64,000 nt of DNA from an uncultured delta proteobacterium. Lineage in GTDB: Bacteria; Myxococcota_A; UBA9160; SZUA-336. The notes beneath the pieces were generated by a model. The model saw only the letters and a list, made by a program, of their open reading frames with translations, ran no database searches and was not told where the DNA came from. Shown in pieces: positions 10,753-22,909 of this stretch; the first letter of the stretch is position 1, and every line of letters starts with the position of its first letter. Position numbers and translations under genes: made by a program. Location: assembly GCA_963704165.1 (NCBI GenBank), contig CAVPHD010000003.1, positions 96,001 through 160,000 on the forward strand, read 5' to 3'.

Positions 10753-12396
10753 TCAGCCGCGGCGGGCGGCCCCGGCGAATCGGCGCGCGAGCCGGCTCAC
10801 GAGATCGAACTCCGGCGCACGGAAGAGCCAGAGACCGCCGAGGTAGGCGAATCCGCCGATCCCGATCAGTCCGGCCAGGCGCACGACGCCGGCGAGCGAC
10901 GCCTGTTCCGGAGCCGGCGAGAGCCAGAGACCGATCTCCACGCCTCCGGCCAGAACACCGGTCGCGCCGAGCAGGCGCAGATGGCCGAGCCAATCGCGCG
11001 CGGGAAGAGTCGCGCCGTAGCGGACGTGCGCGGCGACCATGACGTAGAAGGCATTCGCCGCGGCCGCGAGCGTCGTCGCGAGCGCCAGGCCGAGAAAGCC
11101 GAAGTCGGCCACCACACAGGCGCGCTGTGCATCGACGACCGAGTCCCAGAGCGTCCCGTAGGGCAGCGGTCCGATCAGGACCAGCGCACCGACGACGTTG
11201 ACGATCAGGCTGACCACGGCCGCGTGCGCGCCGGTCCGCGTGTTCTCGTGCGCGACGCAGAGGTTCACGTAGATGCGCGCGAGCGCGATCGGCACGAGCC
11301 CGATCGCGTAGTAGAGCACCGCGAGCGCGCACAGACGCACCGCCTCGGACCCGAAGTGGTCCGGATTCCAGCCGAAGAGCAGCGCGACGATCGGCTCGCG
11401 CAGCAGGATCAGCCCGGCACTGCAAGGCAACGCGAGCGCGATCGCGAGTCCGAGCGTCTCCGAGAACGAGCGCTGCAATCCCGCCCGGTCGCCGGCCCCG
11501 ACGAGGCGCGAGAGCGACGGCAGGCTCGCCATCGAGAGCGCGAACACGAAGACGCCGAGCGGAAGCTCGAGCAGGCGCGTCGCGTAGTACAGGTACGAGA
11601 CCGGGCCGTCGCCGAAGAAGCTCGCGATCGCGCGCGTGCTGATCGTGTTGAGCTGGTACGCGGAAGCGCCGAGCAGCGCCGGCAGCAGAATCCAGCCCAG
11701 CCGTCGGATCGACGGATCCCGCGGCGCGAACAGGAGCTTCGGCGCAAAGCCACGCTCGCGCAGCGGCCGCAGCTGCAGCCAGACCTGCAGTACACCCGCC
11801 ACGAGCACGCCCACGCCGAGCGCGAAGACCGGCGTCGGCAGGAACGCGACCCCGAGGAACACGGCCGCGATCTGGCAGAGGTTCAGCCAGACAGGCGCGA
11901 TCGCCGGCCGGAAGAAGTGCCCGAGCGCGTTCAGCGCGCCCATCGCCACGGCCACCAGCGACAGGCTCACCACGTACGGAAAGCAGATCCGCAGTAGCGT
12001 CGTGGTGAGCTCGAGCTTCTCGGGATCGGCCTGGTAGCCCGGTGCGAACGCGATCACGAGCGGATCCGCGTACACGATGCCGAGCACGCAGATCACCGAC
12101 GTCACGGCGAGTGCGAGCGTCCAGGTCGCATGGAAGAACCGCCTCGCGTCGTCGTGCGAGCGCTGCAGCGTCTGGCTGAAGACGGGCACGAACGCGACCG
12201 TCAGCGCGCCCTCGCCGACCAGCCGGCGCAGCAGGTTCGGGATCGTGAACGCGACGAAGAACGCGTCGCTGGCCGAGACCGGGAGCGCGAAGGCGATCGC
12301 GCTGTCGCGGAGCAGACCGAGGACCCGGCTGGCCATCGTCGCGCCGGCGACGACCCCGGCGGAACGCGAGAGACCGGCGCGGCCTTCCGTTGACAC
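10753..12396 (-). CDS. murJ: Lipid II flippase MurJ
   Basis: SRVLGLLRD, DAFFVAFTIPNLLRRLVGEGAL and YLYYATRLLELPLGVF. The probable start is GTG 12396. Confidence 0.95.
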   Translation of the reverse strand: MSTEGRAGLSRSAGVVAGATMASRVLGLLRDSAIAFALPVSASDAFFVAFTIPNLLRRLVGEGALTVAFVPVFSQTLQRSHDDARRFFHATWTLALAVTSVICVLGIVYADPLVIAFAPGYQADPEKLELTTTLLRICFPYVVSLSLVAVAMGALNALGHFFRPAIAPVWLNLCQIAAVFLGVAFLPTPVFALGVGVLVAGVLQVWLQLRPLRERGFAPKLLFAPRDPSIRRLGWILLPALLGASAYQLNTISTRAIASFFGDGPVSYLYYATRLLELPLGVFVFALSMASLPSLSRLVGAGDRAGLQRSFSETLGLAIALALPCSAGLILLREPIVALLFGWNPDHFGSEAVRLCALAVLYYAIGLVPIALARIYVNLCVAHENTRTGAHAAVVSLIVNVVGALVLIGPLPYGTLWDSVVDAQRACVVADFGFLGLALATTLAAAANAFYVMVAAHVRYGATLPARDWLGHLRLLGATGVLAGGVEIGLWLSPAPEQASLAGVVRLAGLIGIGGFAYLGGLWLFRAPEFDLVSRLARRFAGAARRG

Positions 12397-12418
12397 CGCC
12401 GCCGCATCGGGGTACTTA
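12390..12418 (+). promoter_or_regulatory. Putative sigma70 promoter of rpsT
   Basis: TTGACA-17 nt-TACTTA. The -35 is perfect, the -10 is imperfect, and it overlaps the murJ start on the opposite strand. Confidence 0.45.
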
Positions 12419-12439
12419 CCGGCTCGCTCGGAGGTCTCC

Positions 12440-12694
12440 ATGGCTACCCATCGCTCGGCCAAGAAACGCCACGTCCAGTCCCTGAAGAAGCGGGCTCGGA
12501 ACAACCAGATCCGCAAGACCGTGCGCGGCGCCGTGCGCAAGCTGCGCGACTCGGCGGACGCGGCGGCCGACGTGAAGCAGGAGCTCCTGAAGAACGCCGA
12601 GCAGATGCTTCGCAAGGCCTCGAGCAAGGGGGTCGTGCACAAGCGGACCGTCTCGCGCACCGTCTCGCGCCTCGCGAAGCTCGCCCAGCGGTAG
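12440..12694 (+). CDS. rpsT: 30S ribosomal protein S20
   Basis: MATHRSAKKR..KGVVHKRTVSRTVSRL with SD GGAGG. Confidence 0.96.
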   Translation: MATHRSAKKRHVQSLKKRARNNQIRKTVRGAVRKLRDSADAAADVKQELLKNAEQMLRKASSKGVVHKRTVSRTVSRLAKLAQR

Positions 12695-12700
12695 GCCCCT

Positions 12701-13708
12701 TCACGCGCAGACGGCCAGAACCAGCCGCTCGATCGCGAGCCGCGGAGCGATCGGCAGGCCACCCTTCAGCGCCGCATCCGTGCTTCGAACCGCGGCCAGA
12801 CAGTGGTACAGGCGCCGCGGCTCGAAGCGCCGGGCCTGTTCGACGAGCTTCTGCGCTGCGAACGGGTGCACACCCAGGCGCTTCTGCACCTCGCCGGGCT
12901 GGAACGGCCGGATCTCGTGGGCTCGAAGCAGGCGACGGAAGTGATTGGCCAGGGCACCGACGAGCACCAGCGGTGCCTCTCCCTGATCGCCGAGCTCCGC
13001 CGCCAGGCGCAACGCGCGCGTCAGACGGCGCTCTCCGATCGCGTCGGTCAGCTCGTAGAGCGCGCGCGGGCGCACCTGCCCGACCAGTTCGCTGACGGTA
13101 TCCGCATCGATCACGCCGCTCTCGCCGGCGTACATGCAGAGTTTCTCGATCTCGAGCGAGAGGCGGTCGAGATCCGGACCCACCAGGTCGAAGAGCGCCG
13201 CCGCAACGCCATTTCTGCTGCGCGCGTTTCGCTGTGCGAGCCGGGCGTCGATCCAGCGCCGGACGTCGGCGGGCCGGTCGGGGCCGGTGCAGTCGATCAC
13301 GCGGCCGATCTTGCCGACCCGCTTCACCCAGCGCTGGCGCTTGTCGACGCTGGCGGCCTCGAGCACGAGACAGGTGCTCTCGAGCGGCGCCTCGAGATAC
13401 TCGAGCAGCGGACCGTCCGTGAACTTCAGAGCCCGCTTGTCGGCGATCCCGCGGACGAGCACGAGCCGCATGCGCGCCATCATCGGAAGCGTCCGCGCGG
13501 CGCCGACGATCGCGGCCGGCTCCGTGCCCGCGGAGGTGAAATCGAAGCGATCCTCGTTGAAGTCGCGCGGTGCGTCGGCGAGCACCTGGTTGCGGAGCTC
13601 CGCGAGCGCGGCATCGCGCAGGCTCGCCTCCGGTCCCGCGATCAGAACGACCGGCCCCGGCGGCGGCGGGCCGGCGTCCTTCGGCTCAGAACTTCTGGAA
13701 GAGCTCAT
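12701..13708 (-). CDS. holA: DNA polymerase III delta subunit
   Basis: DFNEDRF, ARTLPMMARMRLVLV, LEIEKLCMY and LYELTDAIGER; lies downstream of lptE. Confidence 0.9.
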   Translation of the reverse strand: MSSSRSSEPKDAGPPPPGPVVLIAGPEASLRDAALAELRNQVLADAPRDFNEDRFDFTSAGTEPAAIVGAARTLPMMARMRLVLVRGIADKRALKFTDGPLLEYLEAPLESTCLVLEAASVDKRQRWVKRVGKIGRVIDCTGPDRPADVRRWIDARLAQRNARSRNGVAAALFDLVGPDLDRLSLEIEKLCMYAGESGVIDADTVSELVGQVRPRALYELTDAIGERRLTRALRLAAELGDQGEAPLVLVGALANHFRRLLRAHEIRPFQPGEVQKRLGVHPFAAQKLVEQARRFEPRRLYHCLAAVRSTDAALKGGLPIAPRLAIERLVLAVCA

Positions 13709-14234
13709 CGTGCACGCGCTCGGCGATGGAGCTTGCGACCCGGCGCAGCGCCTGCTCCTTGTTGCTGGCGGAGACCTGGGAATCCGCGCTCGACAGGTAG
13801 ACCTCCGTCACCCGGAAGCCCGGATGGCGATAGACGACTTTGTCCGGTTCGCGCCGGCGAACGCTCACGTCGAAGGTGACCTCGATGCGCTGCTCGAGCG
13901 CGAGGCCGCCGGCCGAGTACGAGTGGGATCGGACGTCCGCGCTGATCAGACGCCCGAACATGATCAGGTCGGGGCTCGAGATCTGTCCCTGAACCACCGG
14001 GTCGAGCCAGGCTCGCCGCGCGAACTCCTCGACCATCGCGTCGGCCAGCTGCTGCTCGAGGCCGGGCTCGCGCGACTGGTTCTCGAACGCGTCGATCTCG
14101 ATCGTCCGCACGTCCGGTCCGAAGGTCGAGCGGCCGTCGAGCGGCCGATATCCGCAGCCGACGGCGCCGAGCAGGAACGCCACGCACAGAGCGATCGCGC
14201 CACTCCCCCCGCTCCGCTTCGACCGCTCGCGCAT
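13686..14234 (-). CDS. lptE: LPS-assembly lipoprotein LptE
   Basis: Lipobox AVGC followed by GY, FENQSREPGLE, and the usual position upstream of holA. Confidence 0.8.
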   Translation of the reverse strand: MRERSKRSGGSGAIALCVAFLLGAVGCGYRPLDGRSTFGPDVRTIEIDAFENQSREPGLEQQLADAMVEEFARRAWLDPVVQGQISSPDLIMFGRLISADVRSHSYSAGGLALEQRIEVTFDVSVRRREPDKVVYRHPGFRVTEVYLSSADSQVSASNKEQALRRVASSIAERVHDELFQKF

Positions 14235-14281
14235 CGCGACGGATTCTAGCGGGAGTCGCGCGCGTCCCGCCCCTCCGCGGC

Positions 14282-15241
14282 TCAGGTTTTGCGTTGGGCG
14301 GCGCGCCTTTCGAGCTCCTCGCGGAGGAAGTCGCGATTCTGGCGCAGGATCGGCGAGACACGTGAGTTGAAGTGCTGACGCGCCTCTTCGAGCTCGCTCG
14401 CGAGGGCCTTCGCGGCATTTCCCGCCGCAGCGGCCGCGGCGAACTTCTGCTCGTTGTAGAGAATCACGTCCGAGACGGCGATGCGGGCGAGTCGCTCCGC
14501 GGCCGCGATGTCCGGGTCGCTCGAGGGCGTGGGTCGTGTCGGCCTCGCGGGCGGTGCCGCCGGCGTGGGCTGCGCGGCGGGCGCGGCGGGCGCGGCCGGC
14601 TGCGTCACTGCGGGTGCAGCGGGCTCCGGCTGTGCCGGCGCCGGTGTCGGTCGGGCGCCGATGCCCAGCCGCTCCAGAAGATCGCCGAGACCCGCGGGCA
14701 GATCCGCGGGCTCGAGCATCGCGTCGGCCTCGTAGCCGGGCGCGGGCGGCTCGGTCGCCACTGCGACCTGGACGACCTTCACGGCATTCAGCGAGCCGGC
14801 GCGCCGTACGATCTCGGACAGCTTCTCGCCCGAGAGCGAAGGCAGTCCGGCGCCGATGACCGCGAGCTGCGGTGGATTGCGGAAGATCTGCATCAGCGCG
14901 TCCGCGCCATCCTCGACGATCTCGGTCGAGATCCGCCAGGTCGCAAGCAGATCGGAAATGCCCTTCGAGACCTCCGCGTCCACCTCCGCGATCAACGCGT
15001 GCGCGAGCGGCGGCAGTGGCTTCGCGGGTGGAGCCGGCGGAGCCACGACGGCGGGCTTCGCCACCGACTCGGCGACCGGAGAGGGCCGCGATTCGGCCGG
15101 CGTCAGAGCTCCGGCGTTCTCGGGCGCCTGCACGCGGAAGACGGTCTGGCACTGGCTGCAGCGGATGCGCGCGCCCTGTGGGCCGAGCTTCTCGCGTGCG
15201 AGGCGAAAACGTGTCTGACACTGGGGGCAGGCTGCGATCAA
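14282..15241 (-). CDS. MJ0042-type zinc-ribbon / pseudo-receiver protein
   Basis: TTG start with GAGGAG. Contains CPQCQTRF..RCSQCQTVF, a Pro/Ala linker, a REC-like domain and the C-terminal ARIAVSDVILYN module. Confidence 0.8.
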   Translation of the reverse strand: MIAACPQCQTRFRLAREKLGPQGARIRCSQCQTVFRVQAPENAGALTPAESRPSPVAESVAKPAVVAPPAPPAKPLPPLAHALIAEVDAEVSKGISDLLATWRISTEIVEDGADALMQIFRNPPQLAVIGAGLPSLSGEKLSEIVRRAGSLNAVKVVQVAVATEPPAPGYEADAMLEPADLPAGLGDLLERLGIGARPTPAPAQPEPAAPAVTQPAAPAAPAAQPTPAAPPARPTRPTPSSDPDIAAAERLARIAVSDVILYNEQKFAAAAAAGNAAKALASELEEARQHFNSRVSPILRQNRDFLREELERRAAQRKT

Positions 15242-15309
15242 GCGCGACTCCTCGGTGCGCAACTCCCAAACGAATACGCCGGACCTATCGGACGCGGCAC
15301 CGAGGCCCT

Positions 15310-16206
15310 TTACGCGCCGGTCGTCAGTGCGCGCTCGACGTCGGAGAGAAATGCCTGGTGATCGCGATCGGTCGCGTTGCGAGCATCCGGCCGGCGCACG
15401 ACCGCGATCCCCGACGCCTCGACGCGCTCGCCCGCCTGCGCGACGACGATCACGCGAACGCGGGGGGCAATGCCGAGGATGCGACCCGCGAAGCGCCGCC
15501 AGCCGAGCTCTCGGTGGGCCTCGAACGGATCCTCGATCATGCTGCCGAGGATCAGCGCGGGAGTCTCGCCGCCCGCGAGGTACTGCTTGAAGCGCGCCAA
15601 GGCCTCACCCGCATTCTGGAAGATGTGGACGCGCATGGCGTCACCCTGCAGGCCCCGTTTCAGCCGCTCGAGCACGGACAGCTCCGAATCCACGCAGATC
15701 AACGCGGTCGGAAGCGGCTGCGGCACGGGAACGGCGGTGGCCTCCGTCGCGCGCTCGTCGTCGCGAGCATCCGCCGCGGCGCTCGCGTTCTCGTCTTCGA
15801 GCCGAGCGCCCTCGAGCGCGAGGAAGTCCGACGAGAGCGGACTGGGCAGGACGATTCCAACCGGACCGCGCCAGGAGACCGTCGGATCGTCGAGCGGCTC
15901 GAAGGTGAAGTCGCCGTCGGTCCACTCGAAGATGCGCAGGATCGCCTGAACCGCGGCCTCCCAAAGCGTGGCTTCGACGACGTCGGCCGGCGAGTCGGCC
16001 GACAGCCCCGCGCGCTTCAGGACCGGCTCGCGTTCGAGGTCGCCCGAGCCGAGCGCGACCCGCACGATGCTGCCCCCGCGCACTCCGAGCCAGGCGACGC
16101 CGCCGTTCTCCGAGCAAATCTCGAGCGCCCCTGTCTTGCGAGACATGGCGACGACCTGCAACAGCTCGGGCAGGCTGAGATCGGACAGATTTCCGGCGAG
16201 GCTCAT
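15310..16206 (-). CDS. DUF4388 plus receiver-like domain protein
   Basis: MSLAGNLSDLSLPELLQVVAMSRKTGAL and FEWTDGDFTF, followed by a REC-like C-terminus. Confidence 0.8.
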   Translation of the reverse strand: MSLAGNLSDLSLPELLQVVAMSRKTGALEICSENGGVAWLGVRGGSIVRVALGSGDLEREPVLKRAGLSADSPADVVEATLWEAAVQAILRIFEWTDGDFTFEPLDDPTVSWRGPVGIVLPSPLSSDFLALEGARLEDENASAAADARDDERATEATAVPVPQPLPTALICVDSELSVLERLKRGLQGDAMRVHIFQNAGEALARFKQYLAGGETPALILGSMIEDPFEAHRELGWRRFAGRILGIAPRVRVIVVAQAGERVEASGIAVVRRPDARNATDRDHQAFLSDVERALTTGA

Positions 16207-16280
16207 TCGCGAAGTTCCATCGAAGGCACGGGTGTCCCGATGCACCCCGGAGTCTCGATCGGAACGGACGGGCGGCGACC

Positions 16281-16871
16281 TTACGCCCGTTGCGGAATTC
16301 GCAGCTCCTCACCGTCCACGTCCACCCACGAGACGTGCACCGATATGCCCCAGCTGTGCGCACCCGGCACCACCTCGGAGAGTGCCGCCACCAGCGCTCG
16401 CTCTTTGCTCGCGCCGTCCGGCAGGACGAGGTGCAGGCCGTTCTCGGACTGGTTTTCCGCCAGCCCGTGGACCAGTCCGCGAAGCAGGGCAACCGCTTCG
16501 TCGGCGAAATCGATCGAGCCAGGACACGCCAGCAGCGCCACCGGGCTGCGCATCATCAGGAGCTTCGAAGCGGCGGTGCGCATCGCACGCAGCACGGGTC
16601 GGCCTCCGCGCGCCGTCCCGGCGCCGGCGCCAACGAGCAGGATCCGCGCGGGAGAGAGCGGCCGGTCCCCGGGAAGAAGGACGGCCTCGCCGAGCTCGCC
16701 CGTGGCATAGCCGGAGCGAAGGTGGCTCGAGATCAGACCGCAGAGTCGCCAGTCGATCCGGCCCGCATCGCCACGCAACGGGCGCTCGTCCTCGGGAACC
16801 AACGCGAGGATCGTGTCCGCGGGCGCCTCGACGACCGAGCCCGGAAACAGCGAAAGCTCGAGCCGGCTCAC
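16281..16871 (-). CDS. Stand-alone M17 aminopeptidase N-terminal-domain protein
   Basis: EDERPLRGDAGRIDWRLCGLIS..GEAVLL..RILLVGAG. Confidence 0.65.
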   Translation of the reverse strand: MSRLELSLFPGSVVEAPADTILALVPEDERPLRGDAGRIDWRLCGLISSHLRSGYATGELGEAVLLPGDRPLSPARILLVGAGAGTARGGRPVLRAMRTAASKLLMMRSPVALLACPGSIDFADEAVALLRGLVHGLAENQSENGLHLVLPDGASKERALVAALSEVVPGAHSWGISVHVSWVDVDGEELRIPQRA

Positions 16872-17317
16872 TCGCCCGACTCGCGCGCGCCGCGAACCTG
16901 ACGCGCGATCACGTCGAGAACACCGTTGACGAAGGCGGGTGACTTCTCGCCGGCAAAGCGGCGCGAGATCTCGACGGCCTCGTCGATCACGACCTCCGTC
17001 GGCGTCTCGAGCTCGTGAATCAGCTCGAAGGTCGCGATCCGCAGCACCGCCCGATCGACGGCGGCCAGTCGCTCGACCTTCCAGTTCTCGCTCGCGCGCC
17101 CGATTTCGAGGTCGATGTCCTTGCGATGCCTCGCGACGCCGACCGAGAGCTCGAGGGCGCGAACGTGCGAGCGACGCGGCAGGTCGAACTGCTCGCAGAC
17201 CCCTTCGAAGGCGCTTCGTACGGCCTCGACGTCGAACTCCGGATCGATGTGATCGGCGGCGAAGAGCACCTGCAGTGCCGCCTCGCGCGCCATTCGCCGC
17301 GGACCATGCGTGCCCAC
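16868..17317 (-). CDS. nusB: Transcription antitermination factor NusB
   Basis: RRMAREAALQVLF, NWKVERLAAVDRAVLR, VVIDEAVEI and FVNGVLD. Confidence 0.95.
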   Translation of the reverse strand: MGTHGPRRMAREAALQVLFAADHIDPEFDVEAVRSAFEGVCEQFDLPRRSHVRALELSVGVARHRKDIDLEIGRASENWKVERLAAVDRAVLRIATFELIHELETPTEVVIDEAVEISRRFAGEKSPAFVNGVLDVIARQVRGARESGE

Positions 17318-17319
17318 GC

Positions 17320-17799
17320 TCAGCTCCCCTCGTCGAGCACGCGACCCAGGTTCACCATCTCGACCACGACTTCGGCGGCCTCCGCGCCCTTGTTGCAGCC
17401 GGCTTCTCCCGGCTTCACGGCGCGCACGAGCGCCTGCTCGACCGTCTCGGTGGTGAGAACGCAGAACGCGATCGGAAGGTTCTCCGCCAGCGCGACCCGG
17501 CCCACGCCATCGGTCACACCCTGGCAGACGTAGTCGAAGTGAGGTGTGTCGCCCCTCACGACCACGCCGATCGCGACCAAGGCGTCGTACCGCCCGCTTC
17601 GCGCCGCACGCTGCGCGGCGAGCGCGATCTCGAAGGCTCCGGGGACCCACAGGACATCGACCCCGGTGCAGCCGAGCTCGCCGAGCCGCGCCACGCAACC
17701 GTCGAGGAGTCGAAGCGTGATCAGGTGGTTGAAGCGCGCGACGATCACGCCGACGCGGATTCCGCGTCCATCCAGGCGTGTCTCGAGCGTTCGCATCAT
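17320..17799 (-). CDS. ribH: 6,7-dimethyl-8-ribityllumazine synthase
   Basis: VARFN, WVPGAFEI and VVRGDTPHFDYVC. Confidence 0.96.
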   Translation of the reverse strand: MMRTLETRLDGRGIRVGVIVARFNHLITLRLLDGCVARLGELGCTGVDVLWVPGAFEIALAAQRAARSGRYDALVAIGVVVRGDTPHFDYVCQGVTDGVGRVALAENLPIAFCVLTTETVEQALVRAVKPGEAGCNKGAEAAEVVVEMVNLGRVLDEGS

Positions 17800-17806
17800 G
17801 GTCTTC

Positions 17807-18890
17807 CTACCACTCCGCAAGGCAGTGCAGATCCGGACCCAACCGCCGAACGGTGAAGTGCTTCGGGCGTAGCGCTTCGCGCAGGCGCAGAACCCCAAGG
17901 CCCCCCAGAACCGCGCGGCCGTCGCCTCCTATGAGTAACGGAGCCAGGAGGAAATGCATACGGTCGACCAGTCCGACGCGGAGCAGCGCCGCAGCGAGGC
18001 CGCCGCCGCCCTCGACCAGGCATTCGTTGACACCGAGACGGCCGAGCTCCCGCCAGGCCGCATCGAGGTCGAGATGCGCGCCGCGCGCTTCGCACGCCGA
18101 TCACGCGCGCGCCCGCGCGTTCGAGCCGGGCCCGGCGGCGAGGAGGCACATCGCGCGCGCAGAGAATCCAGGCGCCCTCCGCGCGTTCCCGATCGAGAAC
18201 GCGCGAAGTCGGCGGCGTGCGCAGTCTCGAGTCGACGACCACTCGCAGCGGACGGTGCACGACGCGCCCGCCACGCCGTGCGGAAAGCTCCGGATCGTCG
18301 GCGAGCAGAGTCTCGGAGCCGATCACGACGGCATCGGTGCGAGCGCGCAGCCGGTGCACGAAGGCGCGCGCGGGCTCGGAGGTGATCCAGCGCGATTCCC
18401 CGCTCGACGTCGCGATCCGGCCGTCGAGGCTCGCGGCGAGCTTCAGGGTCGTGAAGGGACGGCCGCGGAGGACGCGCGAGACGAAACCCTCGTGATGGCG
18501 CGCGCACGCATCCGCCAGCACGCCCGTGCGGACGTCGATCCCCGCGCGCGCGAGCGCCCGGATGCTCGCGCCGCGCGTGCGTGGATCCGGATCGACGAGC
18601 CCGATCACGACGCGCTTCGGTCGCGAGGCGATCACGCTCTCGACGCACGGCGGTGTTCGACCGAAGTGGGCGCACGGCTCGAGCGTGACGTAGAGCGTGG
18701 CGCCCTTCGCTTCGCGACCCGCCCGCGCGAGCGCGATCGCCTCGGCGTGCGCTTCGAGCCCGCGCGTCGCGGCGCGCGCGATCACGCGGCCGTTGCGAAC
18801 CACGAGCGCGCCCACGGTGGGATTGGGCGCGGTGCGCGTGCGCGCCCGAGCTGCGACCGCGAGCGCCTCGCGCATGAAGCGCTCGTCCAC
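17807..18890 (-). CDS. ribD: Bifunctional deaminase/reductase RibD; frameshift near 18075
   Basis: PNPTVG, HAE, TLEPCAHFGRTPPC and KLAASLDG. LVEGGGGL..LVD follows in a shifted frame to TAG 17807. Confidence 0.92.
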
Positions 18891-18897
18891 GTCGGAG

Positions 18898-19359
18898 CTA
18901 ATCGCCGTCCTCGGGCGCGAGCTCGCCCATCGCTTTGCGGAAATCCTCGATGGTGCGGAAGTTCAGGTACACCGACATGAAGCGCAGCCACGCCACCGGA
19001 TCGAGCACGCGCAGCTCCGACTGCACCTCGTCGCCGATCCGCGTGCTCGGAACCTCGCGCTCGCCCGAGTCGAGCACGAAGCGCTCGATCCTCAACACGG
19101 CTTGCTCGATCGCATCGACCGAGACCGGCCGCTTCTGACACGCCTTCTGCATGCCGGTGATGATCTTCAAGCGATCGAAGAGCTCGCGGCGACCGTCGGT
19201 CTTCACGACCATCGGCAGGAGATCCTCGATGCGCTCGTAGGTCGTGAAGCGGCGCTGGCATTCCGAGCACTCGCGCCGGCGGCGCTTCACGGGCGTATCG
19301 CGTTGGTTGCGCGCGTCGATCACCTTCGTATCCGGGTGATCACAGAACGGGCAGCGCAT
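18898..19359 (-). CDS. nrdR: Transcriptional repressor NrdR
   Basis: MRCPFC..RRRRECSECQRRFTTYE plus an ATP cone. Confidence 0.96.
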   Translation of the reverse strand: MRCPFCDHPDTKVIDARNQRDTPVKRRRRECSECQRRFTTYERIEDLLPMVVKTDGRRELFDRLKIITGMQKACQKRPVSVDAIEQAVLRIERFVLDSGEREVPSTRIGDEVQSELRVLDPVAWLRFMSVYLNFRTIEDFRKAMGELAPEDGD

Positions 19360-19374
19360 CGGATCCCCGTCCCG

Positions 19375-20618
<1,244 letters not shown>

Positions 20619-20622
<4 letters not shown>

Positions 20623-21906
20623 GTTTCCCCCTGGGCTTCCGAGTCCCAACGCGCGATCGCGAGCGTACCGTTCGTCCCGCCAAAGCCAAACGAATTCGAG
20701 ATCGCCACACGCACCGGAGCTTCGCGCATGACGTTGGGCACGTAGTCGAGATCGCACTCGGGATCCGGGTCCGAGTAGTTGATCGTCGGCGGGATCTTGC
20801 CCTGCGCGACCGTCAGCGCGCAGAAGATCGCCTCGATGCCGCCCGCGCCACCGAGCACGTGCCCGGTCATGGACTTCGTCGAGGAGACCGCGAGCTTCGG
20901 CGCGTGCGCCCCGAAGACCTGCTTGATCGCGTAGCTCTCGATCTTGTCGTTGAGCTCCGTGCTCGTACCGTGCGCGTTCACGTAGCCGACGTCCTCGGGC
21001 CGGAGGCCCGCGTCGCGCAGCGCGGCGCGCATCGCCAGCTGCGCGCCGATCCCGTCATCGGGCGGCGCGGTCATGTGGTTCGCGTCGCCGGACATGCCGT
21101 AGCCGACGACCTCCGCGCGGATGCGAGCACCGCGCGCCAGGGCGTGCGCGAGACTCTCGAGCACGACGACGCCGGCGGCCTCCGCGATCACGAAGCCGTC
21201 CCGGCCGCGATCGAACGGGCGGCTCGCGCGCTGCGGATCGTCGTTGCGCGTCGAGAGCGCGCGCATGCTCGCGAAGCCGGCGAGGCCGAGCCGGTTCACC
21301 GGCGCCTCGACGCCCCCCGCGATCATCACGTCGGCGTCGCCGCGCTGGATGATGCGAAAGGCATCGCCGATCGCGTGCGTTCCGGTGGTGCAGGCCGTGA
21401 CCACGCAGGTGTTCGGGCCCACGCGCGCCGTAGCGCATCGAGACGATCCCCGACGCCATGTTCGCGATCGTGTAGGGCACGAAGAACGGCGAGACGCGGC
21501 GCGGGCCGCGGTTCACGAGCGCCTCGCAGTTCTCGAGCATCGTCGCAAGCCCGGCGATCCCCGAGCCGATCAGCACGCCCGTTCGTTCGCAGCGCTCGGG
21601 CGGAACCACCCACCCCGAGTCGTTCATCGCCTCGACGGCGGCTGCCGTCGAGTACTGCAGGAACGGGTCGAAGCGGCGCGCATCCTTCTTCTCGAGCACG
21701 CTCTCGGGATCGAACCCGCGGATCTGTCCGCCGAACCTGACGGCCAGGTCGTCGGTCTGGAAGCCCTCGAGTGGACCGATGCCCGAGACTCCCTTCAGCA
21801 GCCCGCTCCAGCTCGTTTCGACGTCGTTTCCGAGCGGGTTCAGCGTGCCCATCCCGGTGATCACCACGCGGTGTAGGTCGATCGTGCGCGAGGTGAGGCG
21901 CGGCAT
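20619..21906 (-). CDS. fabF: 3-oxoacyl-ACP synthase II; frameshift near 21425
   Basis: [28 protein letters not shown] and NSFGFGGTN. The start codon is uncertain. Confidence 0.94.
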
Positions 21907-21910
21907 CTGC

Positions 21911-22157
21911 CTAGTCGTCTCGACCGGCCGTGCGCTCTTCCGACGTAGCTGATCACGTCGCCGATGTTCTGCATCCGCTCCGCGTCCTCGTCCGGGATCT
22001 CGAGCCCGAACTCCTCTTCGATCGCCATCACGAGCTCGACGATGTCGAGCGAGTCCGCGCCGAGATCGTCGATGAACGACGCCTCGGGCACGACCTCCTC
22101 GGTCGCGACCCCGAGCTGCTCGATGATGATCTCCCGGATCTTGTCCTCGACCGCCAT
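21911..22157 (-). CDS. acpP: Acyl carrier protein; one extra base near the 3' end
   Basis: [21 protein letters not shown]. Removing one G gives the terminus [11 protein letters not shown]. Confidence 0.94.
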
Positions 22158-22158
22158 A

Positions 22159-22909
22159 TCAGTCCAGCCCCCCGTTCACGTGGATTACCTGGCCCGTGAT
22201 GTATCCCGCCGCGTCACTCGCCAGGAAGTGCACGACCGCGGCGATCTCGGCGACCGAGCCGAGTCGGCCGAGTGGAATGCGCTCGAGCAGCGCCGACTTC
22301 ACCTGCTCCGACAGCTCGCTCGTCATGTCGGTCTCGACGAAGCCCGGCGCCACCGCGTTGACGGTGATCGAGCGGCTCCCGATCTCGCGCGCGAGCGAGC
22401 GCGTCAGCGCCTCGACCCCGCCCTTGCTGGCGGCGTAGTTGGTCTGGCCCGCGTTGCCCATCTCGGCGACGACCGACGAGAGATTGATGATCCGTCCGGA
22501 CCGCCGCTTCATCATCGGACGCACGACCGCGCGGCAGACGCTCCACGCGCCGCGCAGATTCGTCGCCACGACCGCGTCGAAGTCCTCGGGCTTCATGCGC
22601 AGGATCAGCTGATCGCGCGTGATGCCCGCGTTGTTGACGGCGATGTCGAGCCGGTCGTGCTCCTGCACGATCGAGGCGACCAGATTCTCGACCGCCTCGT
22701 GATCCGAGACGTCGCACGCGCGCGCGCGCGCGCGGCCGCCGGCCTCGAGCGATCGCCTTCTCGGTCTCGGCCGCGGCGGCCGGATTGCTGACGTAGGTGA
22801 ACTCGACGATCGCACCCGCACTCGCGAGCTCGATCGCGATCGCGCGCCCGATGCCGCGCGAGCCGCCCGTGACGAGCGCGACGCGATCGCGGAGCGGCAA
22901 ATCGGTCAT
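22159..22909 (-). CDS. fabG: 3-oxoacyl-ACP reductase; frameshift near 22750
   Basis: [24 protein letters not shown] and [11 protein letters not shown]; lies between fabD and acpP. Confidence 0.94.
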
